From a virus (Duplodnaviria > Caudoviricetes), in IMG/VR virus record IMGVR_UViG_3300011335_000393, positions 1-35,354 of that record: a stretch of 35,354 nucleotides of DNA. The stretch is one strand, 5' to 3'. The translations under genes were made by a program, and so were the position numbers. Each line of letters begins with the position of its first letter. Positions within the stretch are counted from its first letter, which is position 1. Positions 26,929-33,544 of this stretch are shown piece by piece. The notes under the pieces were generated by a model. It saw only the letters and a program-made list of their open reading frames with translations, made no database searches and was not told the origin of the DNA.

Positions 26929-26930
26929 AT
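26890..26930 (+). terminator. Intrinsic terminator (replication operon and sRNA)
   Basis: Perfect 12-bp stem, 8-nt loop, followed by TTATTTTAT. Confidence 0.88.
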
Positions 26931-27106
26931 TCGTCCCATGCTTCTTCAGCGTCTAAGATCAGTTCGCAGGGTGGGTATCGCAGATTGCTGACTTCAATGT
27001 CGGATATTACCCCCATAAAGGCTAGATGCTCCATCAAGCGGTAGGCCAGCGTAGCCTCTGCGCGTTTGTCGTAGTCCTCAAAGGCTTCTGCTTCTTCATC
27101 GGTCAT
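26927..27106 (-). CDS. Hypothetical acidic protein
   Basis: MTDEEAEAFEDY..., ATGA-coupled start at 27106. Confidence 0.7.
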   Translation of the reverse strand: MTDEEAEAFEDYDKRAEATLAYRLMEHLAFMGVISDIEVSNLRYPPCELILDAEEAWDE

Positions 27107-27369
27107 GCTGCTTTCCAATCTTTAGGATAGGGGACTGCTCGATAGCTGGTCATGTGAAGTCTACCATCTTCGCCCCAGTGTTCGTTTATGGTTGAGCCGT
27201 CATCGTTCAGCAAAACGGCAAGGTCGCCATAAATATGTAACGGCTTTCCTGTCTTGGGGTCGATGCGGTAGCGTATGTCGGCAGGGTCTATGAACCCGCC
27301 CTCCGGCCAAGGGTCATCCCGCCATACTGGCCGTGCGGCGTGAATGTATACTGGTATTTTGTCCGTCAC
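27103..27369 (-). CDS. Hypothetical protein
   Basis: GTG start with GAGGAG RBS; GTGA overlap. Confidence 0.75.
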   Translation of the reverse strand: MTDKIPVYIHAARPVWRDDPWPEGGFIDPADIRYRIDPKTGKPLHIYGDLAVLLNDDGSTINEHWGEDGRLHMTSYRAVPYPKDWKAA

Positions 27370-27569
27370 TGGTTTTGCTCCTCTAAATTAAGTTTGTATA
27401 TTTTCCCCGGTCTAGTCCCTTCAGGCACAGCGATCTCAAACGAACCCGGAAGCGCACGCCAATGCGTCCCATCTGGTATTCTGGATAGCGTTGCCATAGT
27501 GGTCTTGCCAGCCGCAGGGCTATCGCCGTAGTCGCGGGTCGTAACCATAGTGCATCTATATTCGGTCAT
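27366..27569 (-). CDS. Hypothetical protein
   Basis: MTEYRCTMV..., AAGGA RBS, ATGA overlap at 27566-27569. Confidence 0.7.
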   Translation of the reverse strand: MTEYRCTMVTTRDYGDSPAAGKTTMATLSRIPDGTHWRALPGSFEIAVPEGTRPGKIYKLNLEEQNQ

Positions 27570-27837
27570 TTGCTTTGTTCCTTGATGTAGTCGGCGCGCT
27601 TGACGCTGTCTGCTAACTGGCGCTGGTTGTAAGCCAAAAACCAATCCGCAATCTTGGTGCGTTCGATCTCCATGCCTTGCCGGATACCTTGTTCAGCAAG
27701 GCGCATCCATACAGTGCGATCTAAGTCGCCTGTTAAATAACGCTGGCTATCGTCATTAGTCTGCCGTTCCGCTTGGATGGAACAGATAGTGCGGGCTGCT
27801 TTTGTAATTTGTTCATCAGTCATTTTCTTTGTTCCTT
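27565..27837. repeat. 19-bp direct repeat pair (18/19) flanking ORF 27566-27823
   Basis: GTCATTTGCTTTGTTCCTT at 27565-27583 and GTCATTTTCTTTGTTCCTT at 27819-27837. Confidence 0.85.
27566..27823 (-). CDS. Hypothetical protein
   Basis: 85 aa, AAGGA RBS. Confidence 0.75.
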   Translation of the reverse strand: MTDEQITKAARTICSIQAERQTNDDSQRYLTGDLDRTVWMRLAEQGIRQGMEIERTKIADWFLAYNQRQLADSVKRADYIKEQSK

Positions 27838-28003
27838 ATTTACGTAAAAGATTTTCTAATTCGCGGATCGCCCACTGGATGCCTTGAATTTCTACGCCCA
27901 TGTCATGCAGGCCGTGTGCGTCCTTGGCGTGTAAAAACACTTCTGACATATCCCAGCAGACGGCTTCGCGCTTCTGTAGGGCTTCAATGCGTTCTTTGAT
28001 CAT
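27836..28003 (-). CDS. Hypothetical 55-aa protein (not in ORF track)
   Basis: MIKERIEALQKREAVCWDMSEVFLHAKDAHGLHDMG...; GAGGTGA upstream. Confidence 0.72.
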   Translation of the reverse strand: MIKERIEALQKREAVCWDMSEVFLHAKDAHGLHDMGVEIQGIQWAIRELENLLRK

Positions 28004-28004
28004 G

Positions 28005-28190
28005 TCACCTCATCCTTGTGATTGTGGTCAAGCCATCCTTAGTTCGACAGATAAAATGCTTATCGTGCCGCTGCCCGTATTGTGATGTGTTGCGGCTTGT
28101 GCGCTTTGCATCGCCCTTGTTAGCGGCTGGCATAGTGGCGCTATCGCCTACGGCCATCGTTCCCATCGGATAGAACATAGGGCGGCTCAC
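28005..28190 (-). CDS. Hypothetical small basic protein
   Basis: GTG 28190 with GGGAG RBS; YPMGTMAVGDSATMP. Confidence 0.7.
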   Translation of the reverse strand: MSRPMFYPMGTMAVGDSATMPAANKGDAKRTSRNTSQYGQRHDKHFICRTKDGLTTITRMR

Positions 28191-28318
28191 TTGCCTTGCT
28201 CCCGTTCTTTGCGGCGCTCTGCAAACGTCTTTCCGTCTAGCCCGCGCAGAGGCCATGCGCTTTCGGACGATACGCGATATTTGCGCCCTAAAGGGGCGGC
28301 TTGGGGTGTCTTAATCAT
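28187..28318 (-). CDS. Hypothetical 43-aa protein (not in ORF track)
   Basis: MIKTPQAAPLGRKYRVSSESAWPLRGLDGKTFAERRKEREQGK; GGAG upstream; GTGA-coupled downstream. Confidence 0.65.
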   Translation of the reverse strand: MIKTPQAAPLGRKYRVSSESAWPLRGLDGKTFAERRKEREQGK

Positions 28319-28322
28319 TTTC

Positions 28323-28661
28323 TTATAGCTCCACTGTTGTCTTAGGTTTAGATCGTTTGTCGTTTAGCCTAGCCAGCCAATATTCTTGCTGCGGCCCGTG
28401 TGATCGTTTGGCATGGTATTTGAATAGCGCCATAGCTAGGTCATCATATCCTTTCCGCTTGTGCGTCACTATCAGCGGCGATGGCATCATCGGTTTATGA
28501 TCGGGACTGTAGAAGCGGCGGCGGTTATCCGCTGTCACTTCGATGATGTCGCGCAGTGTCAGGTTTAGTCCGTGTTCGTTGTTAACGTAGGCGGCGATGA
28601 CGCTGCGGTCGCTGATATAGCTGGCTAGGTGTTGGATTTGCTTTCGCAGTGCGTATTCCAT
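28323..28661 (-). CDS. Hypothetical protein
   Basis: Start ATG 28661 (MEYALRKQI) with AAGGAG RBS and TAATG coupling. Confidence 0.75.
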   Translation of the reverse strand: MEYALRKQIQHLASYISDRSVIAAYVNNEHGLNLTLRDIIEVTADNRRRFYSPDHKPMMPSPLIVTHKRKGYDDLAMALFKYHAKRSHGPQQEYWLARLNDKRSKPKTTVEL

Positions 28662-28816
28662 TAGTTTTGCTCCTTCTTGATTGTTAGCAGTTCGCGGCTT
28701 TCGCGGATCCATGCCCTACGGAACCAATGCCTTTCGGCATTTGTGCGCCATAGGATAAACAAGGTCGTGATTTGCATGGCTAGCAGCGTCACGATTGCGT
28801 ATTTCTCAGGTGTCAT
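28661..28816 (-). CDS. Small membrane protein, 51 aa (not in ORF track)
   Basis: MTPEKYAIVTLLAMQITTLFILWRTNAERHWFRRAW...; GGAGG RBS. Confidence 0.7.
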   Translation of the reverse strand: MTPEKYAIVTLLAMQITTLFILWRTNAERHWFRRAWIRESRELLTIKKEQN

Positions 28817-28876
28817 TTAATCCTCCAGTAATAAGGTCAAAAGGAATAATGCGGCTCCGGCGATTAACGCCGTCAT
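28817..28876 (-). CDS. 19-aa hydrophobic peptide (not in ORF track)
   Basis: MTALIAGAALFLLTLLLED; GAGG RBS; ATGA overlap upstream and TAAATG junction downstream. Confidence 0.55.
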   Translation of the reverse strand: MTALIAGAALFLLTLLLED

Positions 28877-29103
28877 TTGGCCTCTAGTTGTGCGTGCAGG
28901 GTGTTGGCCTGTTCCATCCAACTGTCGAGCCGCTTGTTTAGCTCGTCGATCTCAGTCTTGGCGTCCTCTAGTTCTGCTTCGACGTTCAGCAGTTCGCTAA
29001 GGCGTTCTGCCAGCACAACAGCCAGTTCGTGATTGCGGTCTAATGCCGTGCGGACTAATTCACCGTCCGATAGCATCCGTAGATAGTTGCGGTCATGTGT
29101 CAT
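28873..29103 (-). CDS. Hypothetical coiled-coil protein
   Basis: 76 aa, GAGGA RBS, heptad pattern. Confidence 0.78.
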   Translation of the reverse strand: MTHDRNYLRMLSDGELVRTALDRNHELAVVLAERLSELLNVEAELEDAKTEIDELNKRLDSWMEQANTLHAQLEAK

Positions 29104-29365
29104 GGTTCAGTTTCCTCTTGCTTTAGCGATTGCTTGGTCAATGACATTGCACATAGCTACACTTGCGGCGTCATGCCCGGGCATAGTGTTATATTGTCCA
29201 ACCCACATACGGGCCTTAATAAGCGCATCTAACATATCAGGCGCGGCGGCGACTAGGTGCGCTTCGCGCTCCAACGTTTCAGCGTCAATGCCGGGCGTAT
29301 AGCCACCTTGCATTAGATATTCGTCGATCAGGTATAATGTTTGCGTAGTCATGGTTCAGTTTCCT
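29099..29365. repeat. 18-bp exact direct repeat pair flanking ORF 29107-29352
   Basis: GTCATGGTTCAGTTTCCT at 29099-29116 and 29348-29365. Confidence 0.9.
29107..29352 (-). CDS. Hypothetical protein with A.L.AAAPDMLDAL...AIAKARG motif
   Basis: 81 aa; motif is widespread in small phage early proteins. Confidence 0.8.
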   Translation of the reverse strand: MTTQTLYLIDEYLMQGGYTPGIDAETLEREAHLVAAAPDMLDALIKARMWVGQYNTMPGHDAASVAMCNVIDQAIAKARGN

Positions 29366-29445
29366 TTTAATGTGATTATGATTGATGTGATTGATAGCAC
29401 CAGAACGGCGGCAAAGCCGGCTGTGGCGATAATGTGCGCGATCAC
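29356..29445 (-). CDS. 29-aa single-TM peptide (not in ORF track)
   Basis: MIAHIIATAGFAAVLVLSITSIIITLKGN; GTG start, GGGAG RBS, GTGA overlap. Confidence 0.62.
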   Translation of the reverse strand: MIAHIIATAGFAAVLVLSITSIIITLKGN

Positions 29446-29600
29446 GCGAACCGCTCCCATCCGAAACGGCTGTCAGCCCAATGTGTTTGACCGACCTCTA
29501 GATCGCGTAGTTGCTCAACGATCTGATCGTCTGTCCGCTTGACCTGACCGACAAAATAATTGTCGCTGTCAGCGTCTATAAGATAAAATTTCTTTTCCAT
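29442..29600 (-). CDS. Hypothetical 52-aa protein (not in ORF track)
   Basis: MEKKFYLIDADSDNYFVGQ...FGWERFA; RBS AGGAGTGAGACACT. Confidence 0.72.
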   Translation of the reverse strand: MEKKFYLIDADSDNYFVGQVKRTDDQIVEQLRDLEVGQTHWADSRFGWERFA

Positions 29601-29625
29601 AGTGTCTCACTCCTATTGATTGTGG

Positions 29626-29775
29626 TTATGCTGCGCGGCGTTGTGCCGCTCTTTGCGCGCCTTGCTGCGTTTTGTAGCGCGTTGCGCTGCTAGGTATGCG
29701 TCCGTCGATAGTGACATACCAATAGGTGACGCCATTATGCAAAACGTGGCTTTCGATTCCGTAAACAATGGTCAT
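29626..29775 (-). CDS. Hypothetical 49-aa protein (not in ORF track)
   Basis: MTIVYGIESHVLHNGVTYWYVTIDGRIP..YKTQQGAQRAA; ATGA overlap. Confidence 0.68.
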   Translation of the reverse strand: MTIVYGIESHVLHNGVTYWYVTIDGRIPSSATRYKTQQGAQRAAQRRAA

Positions 29776-29987
29776 GCTATTGCCCCTTTAAATGCGTTTA
29801 TAACGTCTGCGCCGTTGCCAAGTGTAAAGACATGAACGCGGCAATCGGTGCACCCGTGCACGTCTGTTAGCGTTGCGATAATGCGTTGCGCTTGTTCCAT
29901 GCTGGCAATGCCAGCCGTTTCGGATACTAAAAGCGTTTCGTCATCGCTATGCGGCGGCTTGCCCCAAATGATATATTCGCGGTTCAT
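29772..29987 (-). CDS. Hypothetical protein
   Basis: 71 aa, ATGA-coupled on both sides. Confidence 0.75.
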   Translation of the reverse strand: MNREYIIWGKPPHSDDETLLVSETAGIASMEQAQRIIATLTDVHGCTDCRVHVFTLGNGADVINAFKGAIA

Positions 29988-30199
29988 GCTGCGAACTCTT
30001 TAATGTTGCATTTTAAAACTGTGACGCGGCGGCTGTTTAATGTGCCGCTTGCGGTTACAGGCTTGCGGTCGAACTCCACAGGGCAGCACATTGATGGAAT
30101 AGAACTCCACCCAACAGAACTAACAATAGTTGCGGGGCAATAGTCGCTACCAAATATGCGGGCCAATACGCGGTTACCGGCTTTGTATGTATGTGTCAT
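29984..30199 (-). CDS. Hypothetical protein, first gene of the leftward operon (possible SH3-like barrel)
   Basis: Start ATG 30199 with GGAG RBS; YKAGNRVLAR...YCPATIV. Confidence 0.72.
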   Translation of the reverse strand: MTHTYKAGNRVLARIFGSDYCPATIVSSVGWSSIPSMCCPVEFDRKPVTASGTLNSRRVTVLKCNIKEFAA

Positions 30200-30220
30200 T
30201 TCGTTCACTCCGTTGTTGAT

Positions 30221-30263
30221 GCCCTCTTATGTGCCCTCAAACTAATACCGTCAAGCCCTCTTA
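30221..30263 (-). promoter_or_regulatory. Putative early leftward promoter with three GCCCTC direct repeats
   Basis: TTGACG (30254-30249)-N17-CATAAG (30231-30226); GCCCTC at 30221, 30233 and 30255. Confidence 0.6.
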
Positions 30264-30267
30264 AAAG

Positions 30268-30276
30268 TTATCCACA
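30268..30276 (+). promoter_or_regulatory. Consensus DnaA box
   Basis: TTATCCACA exact match in the non-coding region; single copy. Confidence 0.45.
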
Positions 30277-30299
30277 GGTAAATAACATTTATACCGAAT

Positions 30300-30670
30300 A
30301 GTTTTGGCTCTGGCATTTCACCGGGTGAGAATTGCCTGGTGATCGCGCGGCTATATAGTCGTCATTTGTGGCGTCATTTTGCGGGGGTAAATGACGTTCC
30401 GAAAAATGGCTTGAATGCGCCTGTCACAAACAATCGGACGTTAAATAGTTATGGATATGATATTTGTTTATGAATAAAAAATAGAGGTATATAGATACCC
30501 GTGTAATTTCACGGCGACTTCAAACGTCATGACTACATGACTATTTGACGTGATGCAAAAATGTCACACTCACCCAACAATCGACGTTGACGTTAACGTC
30601 AAGCGTTGTGCAGGCGACTTCGATCACGATGGCAACATGACGTCTGTCACTGTGTTAATACAGTAACACA
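30300..30670. other. Putative replication origin (repeat-flanked AT-rich core)
   Basis: No ORF; GTCAT/ATGAC repeats on both sides of an AT-rich block (~30441-30495); 29-bp repeat at 100-bp period; hairpins. Confidence 0.5.
30587..30602. promoter_or_regulatory. Perfect 16-bp palindrome (protein binding site candidate)
   Basis: TTGACGTTAACGTCAA. Confidence 0.55.
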
Positions 30671-30907
30671 CCGACACAGCTAGCCAGCCAATATGTTTTT
30701 CTTAATGCTAACGGCTCGCAATAAGGGAAAGGCCAACCAAAAATCCAGCACATAGAACAAAAGCAGAACGCTGCTGGCAGGGGGTGGCCCCCCCACAGGG
30801 CCGAGCGCCGCGTGGCTGACACGGTCACGGTGCGTGAACAATTTTTTTATTTGTAGAATGTAAGAGCAATTTATTTTTTTTTTAAAATGTCACTGCACCA
30901 AAGCCTG

Positions 30908-30936
30908 TTGCGTATCTGCGCTCAGTAGATTATTGT
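30908..30936 (+). promoter_or_regulatory. Putative terS promoter (leaderless start)
   Basis: TTGCGT-N17-TATTGT, 7 nt before ATG 30944; no SD. Confidence 0.5.
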
Positions 30937-30943
30937 GCAGCTA

Positions 30944-31441
30944 ATGACATTCTACTCACTGCCATTTACACCCGAACGTACCGAGGCTACCGAGTCGCGG
31001 TTAGAGTCTATTTATGAAGCGGCCAAGTATGGGCTAAAGGGTGACAGCCTCGCTATGGCGTCTGGACTGACACCGCGGCAGTTCCGCGTGCTGGCGGATC
31101 AAGACCCGCTGGTCGAGATGGCTGAGATCAAGGGCCGGGCTGACGGCGAGTACACCGCGGCTAAGACGCTGCACGAAGCGGCACGCGATGGCGACGCTAA
31201 GGCTGCGCTGGAAATACTCAAGCATCAGCACGGCTGGGTAGCCAAGCAGCAGATCGACGTGAACATCGACCAACAGATAAGCATTACAGGCGCACTGGAA
31301 AAAGCCCAGCAGCGCGTCATCGAAGGGACGTATCTAGAAATACCCCAGCTAGAGGATAACTCGAATGCAAGCACCGATATACAGCGCATCGGAAGAAATG
31401 GAATTGATGGCAAGGTTGTGGAGTCCGTCTCTAAAGGATGA
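30944..31441 (+). CDS. terS: Terminase small subunit
   Basis: Upstream of and overlapping terL; HTH-like N-terminus, ARDGDAKAALEILKHQHGW helix and beta-strand QIDVNIDQQISI. Confidence 0.75.
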   Translation: MTFYSLPFTPERTEATESRLESIYEAAKYGLKGDSLAMASGLTPRQFRVLADQDPLVEMAEIKGRADGEYTAAKTLHEAARDGDAKAALEILKHQHGWVAKQQIDVNIDQQISITGALEKAQQRVIEGTYLEIPQLEDNSNASTDIQRIGRNGIDGKVVESVSKG

Positions 31442-32900
31442 CCCACTAGCATTTGTCCTGTACACATTCCCGTGGGGCCAAGCTGGCACGCCGCTGGAGA
31501 ACTTCCCCGGCCCGCGTAAATGGCAGCGGCAGATACTAGCTGACTTGCGTGACCACATCAAAGAGAACAACGGCAAGGTTGACTTCGCCACAGCGCGGAT
31601 GGCGATTGCATCAGGACGCGGTATTGGTAAGTCCGCCCTAGTCTCATGGCTGACGATATGGATGCTATCGTCAAGGATCGGCAGCACTACCATCGTGTCG
31701 GCAAACTCCGAAGCGCAGTTGCGGTCGGTAACATGGGCAGAAATTACAAAGTGGCTGGCGATGTCGCTCAACAGTCACTGGTTCGAGATAGCCGCCACGC
31801 GGATCATGCCAGCCAAGTGGCTGACCGAACTGGTCGAGCGCGACCTGAAGAAAGGCACGCGCTACTGGTCAGTCGAGGGCCGGCTGTGGTCGGAAGAAAA
31901 CCCTGACGCGTACGCAGGGGTTCACAACTTCGACGGTGTGATGCTGATCTTCGACGAAGCCAGCGGTATTCCAGATAGTATCTGGTCAGTGAGTGACGGT
32001 TTCTTCACAGAGAACACACCGCACAGGTTCCATCTGGCGTTCTCCAACCCACGGCGCAACACAGGCTATTTCTACGAAACCTTCCACAGCAAGCGGGCGT
32101 TCTGGTCAACGCGGGTGATTGACGCACGCGATGTCGAGGGTACAGACAAACACCTGTATCAGCGCATCATTGATGAATACGGGCCAGACAGCTACCAAGC
32201 CAGTGTCGAAGTCTACGGTAACTTCCCCAGTGAAGGTGACGATCAGTTCATCGGCAGCAATCTGGTCGATGACGCCATGAAGCGGCCACCCATCAAAGAT
32301 GACAGCGCGCCCATCGTCATAGGTGTAGACCCTGCACGCTTTGGGGCGGATGCTACGGTCATCGCCATACGGCGGGGTCGTGACATTCTAGAGTTGCGGA
32401 GACACCGCGGCGCTGACACGATGGAAGTGGCTGGCTACGTCATCGACGCGATAGAGCAATTCAAGCCTGCACTGGTCTGCATTGACGAAGGCGGGCTAGG
32501 CGCAGGCGTCGTGGATCGGCTGAAAGAACAGCGGTACAAGATACGCGGCGTAAACTTCGGCAACAAAGCCAAGAACCAGATAATGTGGGGCAACAAGCGC
32601 GCAGAGATGTGGGGCGCCATGCGTGACTGGCTACGCACAGGCCACATCCCGACAGACAGGTTCCTGAAGACAGACCTTATCAGCCCGCGCACTAAGCCTG
32701 ATAGTAAGGGTACGCTGTTCCTTGAAAGCAAGAAAGATATGAAGTCACGCGGGCTGGCGTCACCTGACGCAGCGGACGCCATAGCGGTCACGTTTGCCTT
32801 TCCTGTAGCATCACAGGATTTTCGACAAGGACGCGTTGACAGACGCTCTTCAAGCGGGTATTCGCCCGCTGGAGTTTCTACAAGCTGGATGGGCAGTTAA
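31365..32900 (+). CDS. terL: Terminase large subunit
   Basis: Walker A SGRGIGKS, Walker B LIFDEA, motif III FSNP, nuclease IGVDPAR and SPDAADA. Confidence 0.96.
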   Translation: MQAPIYSASEEMELMARLWSPSLKDDPLAFVLYTFPWGQAGTPLENFPGPRKWQRQILADLRDHIKENNGKVDFATARMAIASGRGIGKSALVSWLTIWMLSSRIGSTTIVSANSEAQLRSVTWAEITKWLAMSLNSHWFEIAATRIMPAKWLTELVERDLKKGTRYWSVEGRLWSEENPDAYAGVHNFDGVMLIFDEASGIPDSIWSVSDGFFTENTPHRFHLAFSNPRRNTGYFYETFHSKRAFWSTRVIDARDVEGTDKHLYQRIIDEYGPDSYQASVEVYGNFPSEGDDQFIGSNLVDDAMKRPPIKDDSAPIVIGVDPARFGADATVIAIRRGRDILELRRHRGADTMEVAGYVIDAIEQFKPALVCIDEGGLGAGVVDRLKEQRYKIRGVNFGNKAKNQIMWGNKRAEMWGAMRDWLRTGHIPTDRFLKTDLISPRTKPDSKGTLFLESKKDMKSRGLASPDAADAIAVTFAFPVASQDFRQGRVDRRSSSGYSPAGVSTSWMGS

Positions 32901-33166
32901 TGGCAGACAAGAAAAAATCTGTGTCGTTGTCCGTAGGCCGTGGTGAGAAGTTGCCTGTGTCTAAGGGCGCGGGACTGACTGCCGCTGGTAGAGCAAAGTA
33001 TAACGCTGCAACAGGCAGCAATCTAAAGGCACCTGCGCCCAGCCCGAAGACAAAGGCTGACGCAGGACGCAAAGCGTCATTCTGCGCGCGTATGGGTGCA
33101 GTGGCTGCCAAGGCTAAAGATGGCGAACGTGCCAAAGCAAGTTTGAGAAGGTGGAAATGCCCATGA
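32900..33166 (+). CDS. Small basic hypothetical protein
   Basis: 88 aa, K/A/R-rich (GLTAAGRAKYN..GSNLKAP..RKASFCARM); TAATG-coupled to terL. Confidence 0.82.
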   Translation: MADKKKSVSLSVGRGEKLPVSKGAGLTAAGRAKYNAATGSNLKAPAPSPKTKADAGRKASFCARMGAVAAKAKDGERAKASLRRWKCP

Positions 33167-33321
33167 AACCCGGTCTATATGCCAACATCCACGCCAAGAA
33201 AGCCCGCATTGCCGCTGGCTCTGGCGAGAAAATGCGTAAAGTAGGCACTAAGGGCGCCCCCACCGCCAAGGCTTTCAAAGAAAGCGCCAAGACAGCCAAA
33301 CCAGCTAAGAAGGGTAAGTAA
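33163..33321 (+). CDS. Small basic 52-aa protein (not in ORF track)
   Basis: MKPGLYANIHAKKARIAAGSGEKMRK...KGAPTAKAFKESAKTAK; ATGA overlap. Confidence 0.8.
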   Translation: MKPGLYANIHAKKARIAAGSGEKMRKVGTKGAPTAKAFKESAKTAKPAKKGK

Positions 33322-33543
33322 ATGCCAGCCAATAAATACACACGCAGCCTGTACAAAGTCGGGACTGTAGCGGCTGAAAAAGCTGCCATTGCCAACCGCG
33401 ACCCAGCCCGCAAGGCAGCAGCCATGAAGATTATGGCGCAAGAAGGTTCGACAAGCGCAGCCGGTGGACGCCCAGCCAAACCGCCGCAAATCATCCGCAC
33501 AACTGTGGCCATGAAGCCAACGCCAGCGGCAAAGAAACGCTAA
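33322..33543 (+). CDS. Small basic hypothetical protein
   Basis: 73 aa, K/A-rich; TAAATG junction. Confidence 0.75.
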   Translation: MPANKYTRSLYKVGTVAAEKAAIANRDPARKAAAMKIMAQEGSTSAAGGRPAKPPQIIRTTVAMKPTPAAKKR

Positions 33544-33544
33544 A

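Noticed and set aside
27900-30143. Plus-strand ORFs over the early operon (e.g. 29087-29302 and 29351-29542, both starting MVQFP)
   Set aside because: Their shared start is just the reverse reading of the 18-bp repeat; the minus strand is fully tiled by coupled genes with RBSs.
30212-30934. tRNA, CRISPR array or att site in the long intergenic region
   Set aside because: No cloverleaf or T-loop motif, no regularly spaced repeat-spacer units, and no integrase to use an att site.
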